DNA of 59,342 nt, the filler included. It is 7 parts of 7 records of this genome, joined end to end, with 100 filler letters (N's around TTAATTAATTAA, not from the genome) between each part and the next. Parts side by side here need not be neighbours in the genome. Positions count along the whole stretch, not along the records: positions 19,363 to 26,581 come from SRR31147125_5899; positions 26,682 to 37,714 come from SRR31147125_5962; 5 more parts are not named here. One strand, 5' to 3'. The translations under genes were made by a program, and so were the position numbers. How positions within the stretch are numbered: the stretch's first letter is position 1; the number at the start of each line of letters is the position of its first letter. This document shows positions 23,022 to 33,309 of the stretch, piece after piece. The notes beneath the pieces are model-generated. The model was not told the origin of the DNA and did no database searches. It saw nothing but the letters and a program-made list of their open reading frames with translations.

Positions 23022-24938
23022 TCAGTTCGCCTCAGGAAGCTGCCAGGCCACACGCTTCTCGCCCACCCGGCGGGTGTACTTCAACCCGTCAAAATATTCC
23101 AGCAGCGCCTGTGTCAACTTGCGGCCACTACCAAGCTGATCTCTGAATTCCGCCAAGCTGAATTCCTCCTGCTGAGCGAGTATCTTTCTCAGCAGGCTCT
23201 CCGCCTTACGGTAACTGTCCACATGCAATGAACTTTCCTGATTCAGGCGCACCAGATGCCCTTCACAGGCAAGATAAGAGAGGATGGTTTCCGTATCGAT
23301 CACCTCACGCAAACCAAGGTGAGTCAGAACATCCATGTTGTTTTTTACGTCAAATCCGGACTTGCGGAAAAAGCCTTCGATCTTTTCAAGAACAGGAACT
23401 TCACTGTCCGACGGCTCCGGTTTCCATCCCGGAACGGCGATCTGATCACCCTTCAGTTCGATCAGGCCGCTTTCAATCGCCCACTGCAGCAAAAGTTCAA
23501 ACCCCTTCGGAGCCAGCTTTTCCGACAGTTGCGCTTGTAATGTCGCGCGGGGCATGCCATGCCGCAGGTGATGCAGCTGATGATACTCGGCGACCATCTC
23601 CGGCAGGCGCTGCTTCCAGCTACGTAAGCGTTCTGCGACAACCCACTGCTCCGCCAACAGCTCGACCTCTCCCGATTCCTTAAGGCGTTCCAGCCCCTGG
23701 AGCAGCTGCTCACGGCTGGTCCCGGTCTGTTTTTCAAGCTCCTTCATGCGCGCGGGTTGTGTCTCCTCCAGCTTCTGCAACCAGAAGCCGAGATCACCGG
23801 AGGACAGATCGTTCAGACGTTTGAGGACGTCCTGACGAAAACGCTTGTGGCGCTGCGGTTCCGCATCAATGATCATGCCTCCACCAATCGTCACCATCGG
23901 CGAGTAGGAGCGGATAATAAAGCGATCGCCCCGGTGGGCCAGCAGAGGCTGCTCCAGCGTCAGTTGAACCAGAGCTTCTTCCCCCTGCTCCATCTCATCG
24001 CGATCCAGCAGGATCGCCCGGGCAACCGTTCGCCCTGTTCCCAGGTGCAGGTGAACCGGATCCCTGAATTTCAGTTTTCGCGGAGCCTCCTTGAGTAACT
24101 GCATCGAGACATCGATCCGCTGGCTGGCCCGGAAGAGCGCCGGGGTTCCGATCACCGATCCGCGAGGAACCTGCTCTCTGGTCACGCCCGACAGGTTGAT
24201 TGCAACCCGCTGCCCGGCGTACACATCCTCGACCTGTTGGTCATGGACCTGTAATTCCCGGACCCGACCTTTCACGCCGGACGGGAGAATTTCCAGAGTC
24301 TCTCCGACGCGGATATGTCCGCTGTTGAGAGTCCCGGTGATAACCGTCCCGAAGCCGCTGATACTGAAACAGCGGTCCACCGGCAAGCGCACCGCGCCGC
24401 TTGAATCCTTCGCTTCAACCTTCGCCAGCTGTGCACGAATCGTGTCCATCAGTTCGGTCAGACCTTCACCCGTAATGGAAGAAACGCGGCTGCAGGGAGC
24501 CTTTTCCAGGAAGGTCCCGGCGACCTGCTCGCGGATTTCCTCTTCCACGATATCGAGCCAGTCCGGCTCAACCAGATCACACTTGCTCAGCACCAGAATC
24601 CCGTTTTTCAACTGCAGCAGTTCCATGATCTGCAGGTGCTCACGGGTTTGCGGCATGACCCCTTCATTGGCATCGACGACCAGCAGAACCAGATCGATTC
24701 CGGCAATACCGCTGAGCATCTGGGGGATAAACTTCTCATGGCCCGGCACATCAACAACGCCGGCAATCTGCCCCTGACCCAGATCGAGCCGGGCAAATCC
24801 CAGCTCGATAGAAATACCGCGCGCCTTCTCTTCTCCGAGGCGATCGGTCTCAGTTCCTGTTAAAGCCCGGATCAAAGCAGACTTGCCATGATCAACGTGC
24901 CCGGCAGTACCGATAATATAGTGTTCCTGTTGCGCCAC
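23022..24938 (-). CDS. selB: Selenocysteine-specific elongation factor SelB
   Basis: 'GTAGHVDHGKS', 'RGISIELGF', 'DVPGHEKF'; C-terminal winged helix 'SGRKLTQALLEYFD..TRRVG'. Confidence 0.96.
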   Translation of the reverse strand: MAQQEHYIIGTAGHVDHGKSALIRALTGTETDRLGEEKARGISIELGFARLDLGQGQIAGVVDVPGHEKFIPQMLSGIAGIDLVLLVVDANEGVMPQTREHLQIMELLQLKNGILVLSKCDLVEPDWLDIVEEEIREQVAGTFLEKAPCSRVSSITGEGLTELMDTIRAQLAKVEAKDSSGAVRLPVDRCFSISGFGTVITGTLNSGHIRVGETLEILPSGVKGRVRELQVHDQQVEDVYAGQRVAINLSGVTREQVPRGSVIGTPALFRASQRIDVSMQLLKEAPRKLKFRDPVHLHLGTGRTVARAILLDRDEMEQGEEALVQLTLEQPLLAHRGDRFIIRSYSPMVTIGGGMIIDAEPQRHKRFRQDVLKRLNDLSSGDLGFWLQKLEETQPARMKELEKQTGTSREQLLQGLERLKESGEVELLAEQWVVAERLRSWKQRLPEMVAEYHQLHHLRHGMPRATLQAQLSEKLAPKGFELLLQWAIESGLIELKGDQIAVPGWKPEPSDSEVPVLEKIEGFFRKSGFDVKNNMDVLTHLGLREVIDTETILSYLACEGHLVRLNQESSLHVDSYRKAESLLRKILAQQEEFSLAEFRDQLGSGRKLTQALLEYFDGLKYTRRVGEKRVAWQLPEAN

Positions 24939-24941
24939 GAT

Positions 24942-26350
24942 CTATTGGTCCCCTTGCAGTGCGGATATAAGGATCTGAGTCAACAGCGCCTCTTCGTGCT
25001 CAAACACGGCGCGCAGATTGACCAGAAGGCGATCATTCTGAACCCGGGTCACAACGGCAGGCGAATACATGCGTAAGCGCCTTGCCAACTCCGGAATTTT
25101 CTCTTGCAACGGATTGATCTCGACCGCCCAGTCCGGAAGCTCTGTCAGCGGCATGGCCCCGCCACCAACGCGTGAGACATCTTCCAACAGACGGACCTCG
25201 ATCGGCAGATCTTCCTTTTGCAGGCGTTCCAGCAGAGCTTCACACCGCTCTCGCTGACGCTCCGGCTCGGCAGCAAACATTTTCAGAACCGGCAGTTCTT
25301 CAAACGCCTGCTCCGGCTTCAGATAGAGCCGCAATGTTGCCTCCAGAGCGGCCAGGGTCAGTTTGTCGATCCGCAGCGCTCGGGCTAAAGGATGTTTACG
25401 CATCTTGTCGATGTGTTCCTTGCGCCCGATAATCATCCCCGCCTGGGGCCCGCCAAGCAGCTTGTCGCCGCTGAAGGTAATGACATCAACTCCGGCATCA
25501 ACAACTTCCTGAACCGTCGGCTCACGTTCAAGCCCATAGCGGCTGAGATCCATCAACAGACCGCTGCCGAGGTCCTCCATTAGAACCAGGTTGTTTTCCC
25601 GCGCCAGGGGCAACAGGTCCCGCGCCGGAACCTCTTTGGTAAAACCGACAATGCGGTAATTACTGGTGTGAACTTTCAGCAGAATCGCCGTGTTTTCGTT
25701 GATCGCCTGTTGGTAATCACGTAAATGGGTCCGATTCGACGTCCCGACTTCGCGCAGTTCCAGCCCTCCGGCTTCCATCACATCCGGGATCCGGAACGCC
25801 CCGCCGATTTCGACCAGCTCTCCACGCGAGACAACCGCTTCACAGCCACGGCCGAGAGCTGTCAGAGCAAGCAGAACGGCACCGGAATTGTTGTTGACGA
25901 CCAGGGCGGCTTCGGCCCCCGTCAACCGGGTCAGAATGGATTCGACGTGACTGTAACGCTGCCGCGCAAACCACTGTCGAGTTCGAATTCGAGATTGGAA
26001 TAACCCTCGGAGATGGTCTGAATCGATTTGAGAACGGTCTGAGACAGAGGGGCACGCCCAAGGTTTGTGTGCAGCAGAGTCCCGGTCGCGTTGATCACTT
26101 TGCGCAGTGATGGCTGCAGCAGAGCACGGCACTTCCGGGCGGCCGTTGCTGCAACCTGTTCCGTCAACAACCGATCCGGCGAAACCTGCTTACCGGCCAG
26201 AATCTCCTGACGCAGATCGGTGATAACCTGCTGAACAGCCCCGGAGACCTCTTCCTGCGGTAACAATTCAGCCAACCCGCTCATCGCCTCTTCACGAAGA
26301 ACACGATCAACAGCCGGAAGGGTTCGCAACAACTCCTGGCACCCACTCAT
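24942..26350 (-). CDS. selA: L-seryl-tRNA(Sec) selenium transferase SelA; one frameshift
   Basis: 'VINATGTLLHTNLGRA', 'VNNNSGA', 'SRGELVEIGGAFRIP', 'FSGDKLLGGPQAG'; frames join near 25960. Confidence 0.95.
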
Positions 26351-26465
26351 AGACATCCTCTCATAAACATCACGTGAAAGCGGATTTTTATCGCGGCGAA
26401 TATATCACGCCATTAAAAAAATGGCTATTCTTTCAATAGGATAAAGGAGACACCAATTTTAGCAG

Positions 26466-26495
26466 TTGACACCGGAAATACAGGTTTGCTATAAC
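26466..26495 (+). promoter_or_regulatory. Sigma70-type promoter of tRNA-Ala
   Basis: TTGACA-18 nt-TATAAC. Confidence 0.6.
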
Positions 26496-26508
26496 TCGCC
26501 AACCGAAT

Positions 26509-26581
26509 GGGGCTGTAGCTCAGTTGGGAGAGCGTTTGACTGGCAGTCAAAAGGTCCGCGGTTCGATCCCGCGTAGCTCCA
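26509..26581 (+). tRNA. tRNA-Ala(GGC)
   Basis: Complete cloverleaf GGGGCTG...TAGCTCCA, anticodon GGC, G3:U70 identity pair. Confidence 0.97.
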
Positions 26582-26681
26582 NNNNNNNNNNNNNNNNNNN
26601 NNNNNNNNNNNNNNNNNNNNNNNNNTTAATTAATTAANNNNNNNNNNNNNNNNNNNNNNNNNNNNNNNNNNNNNNNNNNNN
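26582..26681. other. Artificial contig spacer
   Basis: N44-TTAATTAATTAA-N44. Confidence 0.99.
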
Positions 26682-27346
26682 TTTTGGGTTTTACTCCGGG
26701 AAACACCAGCTCATATATCATATCCTTCGCATTTATTCTGCTGGGCTCCTTTCTTTTCTCAATTTTGAGATCACGAGACAAAAGGATACCACAGGAAGCC
26801 ATTATTGGGATTATTTATGGTCTATCCATTGCCGTTGCAATGGCCATAGCTGACAAATTACCAAGTGGCGGGCAGCAGATCAAAGAAATGTTGACTGGTA
26901 ATATACTCTGGGTGACCTGGGACAGTATTTTAAAATTAGTCATTGTTTACTCTGTCATTACCCTGTTTCATATCATATTTAGAAAAAAATTTATTACACT
27001 GTCCCAGGACTATGATAATGTAAAAAACATGGGCTTTTCATCAAAATTATGGGATTTTTTGTTTTTTGTTTCCTTTGGAATCGTCATCACCCTGTCAGTA
27101 CCGATAGCCGGGGTTTTACTGGTTTTTTCCTTTCTAATGATACCGGCAGCTATATCCGCCCTCTTTTCCAGCTCCTGGAACGTGCGCATCATAACCGGAT
27201 GGATAGTCGGTATTTTAGCTTGTATGTTTGGATTTTGGTATTCATACTCGCAAAATGCACCATGCGGTCCGGCAACAGTCTGCATTTTGGCGGTTATGCT
27301 TCTTTTTGCAATGTTGTTTAGACCATTTATCGCAAAGAAATCCTGA
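26682..27346 (+). CDS. Metal (Zn/Mn) ABC transporter permease, 5'-truncated
   Basis: 'PQEAIIGIIY', 'LTGNILWV', 'AGVLLVFSFLMIPA'; paralogous to the next gene. Confidence 0.85.
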
Positions 27347-27429
27347 GTTTTTTGGATCTTTAATAATGTTTTAACAATCACGTTACCGGAAATCAATTTA
27401 ATCAACTGTATATTGGAAAGATTTAAAAT

Positions 27430-28269
27430 ATGATTGAACTATTAACTTTTATGGCAGCACCCCTAACAGCATGTCTTATTCTGATAGGTATCCATGGATA
27501 TTTTGGTATTCATGTTCTCTCACGTCAGGTCATTTTCATTGATATTGCGTTAGCTCAGATCGCCGCCCTGGGAACAACCGTTGCTTTTCTAATGGAAATA
27601 AGTCCCAACAGTACATCAGCCTACTTTATATCACTTGGATTCACTATTTTCGCCGCTGCGATTTATGCATTCACGCGATTTAAAAAACAGGTTATTCCAC
27701 AGGAAGCAATTATAGGTATTACTTATGCTATTGCCGCGGCTTTATCTCTATTGCTTACGGATAAAGCTGCGGGTGGCGCTGAACATGTCAAGGAAATGCT
27801 CACAGGCAGCATCCTTTGGGTTAGTTGGGAAAAATTACTTCCCTGCGTCCTTGTTTATATAGCAGTGGGTGTATTTCACTGGATTTTTCGGGAAAAATTC
27901 ATTCTGATTTCCAGGGATTATAATAAAGCTGTGGAAAAAGGCATTTCCATCCGATTGTGGGATTTTCTTTTTTACGCTTCATTCGGACTTGTGATTACCC
28001 ATTCTGTTCACATCAGCGGCGTTCTTGTCGTATTTGCCATTTTGGTTATTCCTTCAACAATATCCGCTCTTTTTGCTCAGCATTGGGGCATTCGTGTGGG
28101 TATCGCATGGGTGACAGGTCTGTTTGCAAGTATGGCTGGGTTGTATTTTTCATACACATTTGATTTTTCCAGTGGACCATCTGTCGTTTGCTTCCTGGGC
28201 TTGTTTTTGGTTTTAGCTGTTTTGTTAAAACCCCTTATTAGAAAATTGACTTTAAATCGTCAAAGCTGA
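27430..28269 (+). CDS. Metal (Zn/Mn) ABC transporter permease (ZnuB-like)
   Basis: 'GIHVLSRQVIFIDIALAQIAALG', 'PQEAIIGITY', 'GPSVV'. Confidence 0.88.
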   Translation: MIELLTFMAAPLTACLILIGIHGYFGIHVLSRQVIFIDIALAQIAALGTTVAFLMEISPNSTSAYFISLGFTIFAAAIYAFTRFKKQVIPQEAIIGITYAIAAALSLLLTDKAAGGAEHVKEMLTGSILWVSWEKLLPCVLVYIAVGVFHWIFREKFILISRDYNKAVEKGISIRLWDFLFYASFGLVITHSVHISGVLVVFAILVIPSTISALFAQHWGIRVGIAWVTGLFASMAGLYFSYTFDFSSGPSVVCFLGLFLVLAVLLKPLIRKLTLNRQS

Positions 28270-28305
28270 CAAGATTTTAAAATATCATTAACACCCTCTT
28301 AAAAA

Positions 28306-28359
28306 ATCCACGTGTGACGGAAATAAGCAGCCTGATTTTCAGTTTCATCACACGTGGAT
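28306..28359. terminator. Inverted repeat downstream of the permeases
   Basis: ATCCACGTGTGA ... TCACACGTGGAT, 12-bp perfect stem with a 30-nt loop. Confidence 0.45.
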
Positions 28360-28583
28360 CTGCCATTTCATCAATTTTACCCTTGACTCCTTTCCTGTTT
28401 TTTAATAGTTTCTGGCAATATCTTCTAATTTGAAAAATAAGCATCATTTCACATTCAAAGAACTCTGACTTTTAAAATTAATAACACTATCTTAAATATA
28501 CACACGAGGAAAAAACCTATTTCTGATAAATAAATGTATTCAAAATAACCACTTTTTCAGCCATAACAGATAAGGAAACAGCT

Positions 28584-29060
28584 TTGTCAGATATGTTGGT
28601 AAAACTTTATGATCTCCCTTCTGCCACACCTTTCACTGAGCAATTACAGGACATTGGAATTACCATTCGCAGGGCCATGGCATATGAGAAACAAATCGTT
28701 GTGCAATGGGTACATAATGAATTTGGCTCTGGTTGGGGCAGTGAATGCGATGTCGCGTTTAGCAATCAACCGATTTCCTGTTATATTGCCACAAAAGAAG
28801 GGGCTATTATCGGCTTTGCATGCTATGATAGTACATGTAAGGACTTTTTTGGTCCCACAGGCGTGACTGAAATGGCCCGTGGCCAGGGTGTCGGCAAAGC
28901 ATTATTACTTGCCTGCCTGCATGCCATGCGAGAAAACGGGTATGCTTATGCCATTATAGGAGCTGCCGGACCCGTAAAATTTTACATGGATGCAATTGGA
29001 GCAATAGAGATTGAAGGATCCATACCGGGAATTTATAAAGATCGGTTAAAGCAAAGTTAG
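28584..29060 (+). CDS. GNAT-family N-acetyltransferase
   Basis: 'FGPTGV..ARGQGVGKALL' acetyl-CoA motif A. Confidence 0.88.
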   Translation: MSDMLVKLYDLPSATPFTEQLQDIGITIRRAMAYEKQIVVQWVHNEFGSGWGSECDVAFSNQPISCYIATKEGAIIGFACYDSTCKDFFGPTGVTEMARGQGVGKALLLACLHAMRENGYAYAIIGAAGPVKFYMDAIGAIEIEGSIPGIYKDRLKQS

Positions 29061-29118
29061 CAATAAAAAGACGTTGCAAAATGAGGACACGGGGATTATT
29101 TTAAGGAGAACATGTGGA

Positions 29119-29508
29119 ATGAATAAGATACGAATTAGTGCAGCACAGATTACATTATCAGCCGAGCTCGCCGACAATATAACAGCGCAGGAGATCTGGG
29201 AGCATCTGCCCTTGGAGGCCAATGTAAATGTTTGGGGAGATGAAATATATTTCGAAATCCCCCCTGACATACCATTGCAGGCGGATGCACGCTCTACTGT
29301 CCCTGTTGGTACCCTTGGATACTGGCCACCTGGTCGTGCTTTTTGTATCTTTTTTGGTCCAACACCTGTGAGTGTTACTGACGAGCCTCAGGCTGCCAGT
29401 CCGGTCAATATTTTTGGTCGAATTAAAGACGATGCCACTTTACTTCGTGGCATTGCAGTAAATACAAGAATAAGAATCGAACGTCTGGAAAACAACATTT
29501 CTGAATAA
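29119..29508 (+). CDS. Cyclophilin-like fold protein (DUF369-type)
   Basis: 'WGDEIYF', 'GYWPPGRAFCIFFGPTP', 'ASPVNIFG'. Confidence 0.85.
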   Translation: MNKIRISAAQITLSAELADNITAQEIWEHLPLEANVNVWGDEIYFEIPPDIPLQADARSTVPVGTLGYWPPGRAFCIFFGPTPVSVTDEPQAASPVNIFGRIKDDATLLRGIAVNTRIRIERLENNISE

Positions 29509-29541
29509 TGATACAACCTGTGTGACAAACAAAAGTTTTGA

Positions 29542-30867
29542 CTATAGCTCGCCTATCGCTTTACGAATAGCTTTATCAAATTCTTTTGTCGGGATCGGTT
29601 TTAGCAAAAGCTCACGTATTCCTAATTTCTGACACGCTTCCGCTGTTACGGAATTCCTGTAACCAGTAATGAGAATAATCGGAAGCTCTGGTCTTGTGTT
29701 TAACATTTCCCTGGCCAAATTTGTACCAGTCATTTCAGGCATCATTTGATCTGTTATGACGACATCAAAAGAGTGGGGCCGGGATTGAAATAATTCCAAA
29801 GCATCGACGCTACTTGTTTTTGTTGTCACATCATAACCTAGTCCGCCAAGTAAGAGTTGAGTCATTTCAACAATGTCTTCCTCATCATCAACGAACAGGA
29901 TGCGTGTTTTCACTTCAGAGGGTATAATTTCATTGACTGGCTCGATCGATACGGGGCTAGCCAAACATGGCAAATAAATTTGAAAGCATGTTCCTTTTCC
30001 GGGTTCACTTTCAACCAGAATTTCACCTTTATGGCTCATGATAATTCCATGAACAACTGAAAGGCCTAATCCGGTTCCTTTTCCAAGCTCTTTGGTCGTA
30101 AAAAAAGGTTCAAAAATGCGGGACATGTTTTGGGTATCGATACCTTGTCCTGTATCCTTAACAGTCAATCGTACATAATGTCCCTCTTCCAAATTCAGGT
30201 GCGCAGATGCGAATTCTTCATCCACATCACAATCATCCAGGCCAACCTCAAGCACGCCTCCATTCTCAGCCATTGCATCGCATGCATTTGTACAAAGGTT
30301 CATTAATACCTGATGTATTTGAGTGGAATCCGCCTTGACCTCAAAACCGCGATTTATAATATTCTGTCGAATTTCAACAGAGGATGGTATTGAAGCCAGT
30401 AAGAGTTGTAGTACTTCCCTCATAACAGCATCAATTCGCACCGGAACACATTTATGATCTCCCTGACGGCTAAATGTCAAAATTCGGTTTGCAAGATCTT
30501 TGGCACGATTGGCCGCTTTTAGCACTTGCCTTATATTCATTTCCGCACTGCTGCCAGAAGGCACATCCCGTAAAACCATTTCAGAATAACCGATAATTGG
30601 CACAAGTATATTATTAAAGTCATGTGCAATACCACCTGCGAGACGGCCCATGGTTTCCATCTTTTTTGCCTGGGCAAGCTGAGCTTCCAGTGCCGCACGA
30701 TGTTTTTCTGTTTCCTCACCCAGATTTCGATAGATATCCTGATTTTTTTTCAGTGATGCTTCATGTTCTTCCTGGGTGATTCGTAAATTATTGCAAAGAT
30801 GTTTAATTTTTGTATTTTGCTGTAATATCTTCTTTTCCAAATCCTCAACATACTGAGATAGCGTCAT
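29542..30867 (-). CDS. Hybrid histidine kinase (coiled coil-HisKA-HATPase-REC) without a sensor domain
   Basis: 'AHDFNNIL', 'NLCTNA', 'DTGQG', 'PFFTTK', 'GTGLGL'; REC 'FVDDE', 'ITDQMMP', 'KP'. Confidence 0.92.
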   Translation of the reverse strand: MTLSQYVEDLEKKILQQNTKIKHLCNNLRITQEEHEASLKKNQDIYRNLGEETEKHRAALEAQLAQAKKMETMGRLAGGIAHDFNNILVPIIGYSEMVLRDVPSGSSAEMNIRQVLKAANRAKDLANRILTFSRQGDHKCVPVRIDAVMREVLQLLLASIPSSVEIRQNIINRGFEVKADSTQIHQVLMNLCTNACDAMAENGGVLEVGLDDCDVDEEFASAHLNLEEGHYVRLTVKDTGQGIDTQNMSRIFEPFFTTKELGKGTGLGLSVVHGIIMSHKGEILVESEPGKGTCFQIYLPCLASPVSIEPVNEIIPSEVKTRILFVDDEEDIVEMTQLLLGGLGYDVTTKTSSVDALELFQSRPHSFDVVITDQMMPEMTGTNLAREMLNTRPELPIILITGYRNSVTAEACQKLGIRELLLKPIPTKEFDKAIRKAIGEL

Positions 30868-30869
30868 TT

Positions 30870-31904
30870 TTATAATACTCCACTCTCTTCCATTTTATGT
30901 AATTTATGGCCAACATCCTTTATGAGAACATCTAGGGAATTAACTTTTATATCAAGAATAGAACAACATTCCATAAAGAATTTTTTATCCCGATCATATT
31001 CGCCACTCCATCCAATACCATACTCATGACAACAAAAATCTGCGACATATAAAGTAAGAACTATTTTTGAAAATTTTGGGGCGACAGATGTCGGATGATG
31101 ATGATATCCGATAGCCATTACCAATTCCTCCGGAAGGTTCCAATTCAGGGTAATGGCTCTTCCAATTTCTTCATGATCAAATCCCAGTATCGTTTTTTCA
31201 GCCTCAATCAGATTTGACCTTTCCTTTTTCACTTTTTTAAGAATTTCCCTGAATTCTTCCTGTCTAAACTGAGCTTCAGCAATAATACCGAGATCATGAA
31301 GCAATCCAGCGACATAGATATCTTCTCCTTTTTCCCTAAAGATCTTTTTATAAATCATTTTGGCAAGTAAAGCGACAGCAACACTGTGTTTCCATAATAA
31401 AAGCCGTGAAAAACCATTGACAGATTCGCTATCCATAAAAAGTTTACATACTTTTTGTCGTAGTGCGAGTTCTTTTACAGCATCATATCCAATCCAGATA
31501 ATGGCCTCATTAAGGGCATTCATCTTTTTTCGTGACGCATAATAAACAGAATTAGCCAGTTTTAATATCCTGGCAGATAGGGGCGGATCAATTTCTATAA
31601 TTTTTTTCAAATCATCTGCGGTTGATTTGGGATCATTGATAATGATAAGTAAATTTGAAACAATACTTTTAATTGAGGAAAATTCGGATTGATTCACCAT
31701 GTCAACAATGTGGTCAATATCAGTCATCCGCATTTGCAAATGCCCATTATCTAACCACTGCACATTCTCGCTATTGCAATTTATGCATCTGGATTGATCA
31801 TGAAAATTGATAATGCAGTTGTTACACAAATCGGTTTGGCACGTGCCACAATGTGCAACGGCTGATTCTCCCGGATGGTAATGACAAACTCTGTTGCTCT
31901 TCAT
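30870..31904 (-). CDS. HDOD-domain protein with N-terminal B-box-like zinc finger
   Basis: 'CHYH..CGTC..LCNNC..CINC'; 'DPPLSARILKLANS', 'LWKHS', 'GLLHDLG', 'YHH'. Confidence 0.85.
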   Translation of the reverse strand: MKSNRVCHYHPGESAVAHCGTCQTDLCNNCIINFHDQSRCINCNSENVQWLDNGHLQMRMTDIDHIVDMVNQSEFSSIKSIVSNLLIIINDPKSTADDLKKIIEIDPPLSARILKLANSVYYASRKKMNALNEAIIWIGYDAVKELALRQKVCKLFMDSESVNGFSRLLLWKHSVAVALLAKMIYKKIFREKGEDIYVAGLLHDLGIIAEAQFRQEEFREILKKVKKERSNLIEAEKTILGFDHEEIGRAITLNWNLPEELVMAIGYHHHPTSVAPKFSKIVLTLYVADFCCHEYGIGWSGEYDRDKKFFMECCSILDIKVNSLDVLIKDVGHKLHKMEESGVL

Positions 31905-31996
31905 CTTATACCCCTTTATCTTCGGAATGCCGAGCTGTATCGAAAAATTATGTATTAAAAAGTTTACAGTGGCTGGACACGTGACACGAAATCAAA

Positions 31997-32012
31997 TACA
32001 AGAAATATGCCG
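31997..32012 (-). promoter_or_regulatory. Sigma54-like -24/-12 element
   Basis: CGGCATATTTCTTGTA about 90 nt upstream of the HDOD gene (GT instead of the canonical GC at -12). Confidence 0.35.
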
Positions 32013-32760
32013 TAAATTCACGGCTGTACAAAACAGTGTAAATTTTAAATTATATTTAACTTACAATTAATTCTGTTTCCATCAATAGCAGGTATGCAAA
32101 AAAATCGTCACAAAATTGCGATATTGTCTCTTAAATTTGTCGCAAATATACACCGTTGACAAGCATGAAAAATCTGTTGATCGAGTACGATCATCATCAA
32201 TAATTCCTGAGCATGGATGTGTGATCCCAGGGATTATAATTGTAAAGTAATTTAAAGATAACATGATGGCTTTCAGGAGGGAATAAAACTTTTATTCAAG
32301 CTATAACAATGCTATCAAAAAAATATATGGTTCAACCCCTCGTATTAGAAATCGACATTCCTTTTCTCATCCCTCAAGATGGACTAAACGACCACACTTT
32401 ATCACGTTGACACCACTCACAGAAACCGTTGGCATTTTAAGCGAACCTGAATTATAATAGTACAAAATTTTCATCATCAAGACAATCAATTTTTAGGAAA
32501 AATTGAAAATTTTCCTTTTATAATGAATGTTTGAAAAACAAAGAACACAGAAAACGTTAAAACAAAAGATTTTTTTTGTGATGTTTGTAACGGATTTGAA
32601 TTCAGTTCAGGAATCGGCTTCCAACTCTTTGATACACCATCAATATTTATTTTTGGTGGGTATAATATTACATTTTTTCAGAAAAGGAGTCAGACCTTAT
32701 AGATCATTCATCCTTTCGAGGTCCGTGGTTTGGATTAAGCTATAAAATCCATTGATGGCA

Positions 32761-33183
32761 TTATAGTGGTGATCCGCTAACAGGTTCTTCCCCATCTTGT
32801 TTAACAAGCAGGATGAGTCCGCTGATCCCCCAAACCTTTACCCTTTGGCTCTTGTTGATATGTGCCCCATCTTCAGATACAGTTGCCTTCCACCATTCGC
32901 CGTTAACGCGGATATAACCGGTTGGATCCAGTCTTTCCTGTGTTATGCCTCGCATGCCTACCATCGAATTCATGTGACTTGCACGTTCGGGATCGTAGGC
33001 ATGCCAGACAAATGGGAACATAATAATATCCTTGGTCACTGAAAGGGCTATCAAACCCCAGAAAAGCCACAGAGGGATTTCAACTAACCATTGCGCCAAA
33101 GTCAGACACAACATTAGTAGTAACAAACCAACCAGTTGTAAGAGAATATATCTCTTTAAAACACGGGAGGTGATCCCCCCCAT
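32761..33183 (-). CDS. NfeD-like C-terminal (OB-fold) membrane protein
   Basis: Two TMs then 'GMRG..GYIRVNGEWWKA..VKVWGISGLILLV'. Confidence 0.8.
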   Translation of the reverse strand: MGGITSRVLKRYILLQLVGLLLLMLCLTLAQWLVEIPLWLFWGLIALSVTKDIIMFPFVWHAYDPERASHMNSMVGMRGITQERLDPTGYIRVNGEWWKATVSEDGAHINKSQRVKVWGISGLILLVKQDGEEPVSGSPL

Positions 33184-33309
33184 ATTCGCTTTCCTTATAA
33201 ACCAAAAGATTAAATTCATAAATTTTATTTATACCGACTTGATAAAACCGCCAATATAAAGTCTTAAAATGTTCTTAAAAGTTATTGTTCCATAAAAGAT
33301 CCGGTATCA

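Noticed and set aside
26509-26581. tRNA next to selA as tRNA-Sec (selC)
   Set aside because: Anticodon GGC, G3:U70 pair and short variable arm identify it as tRNA-Ala
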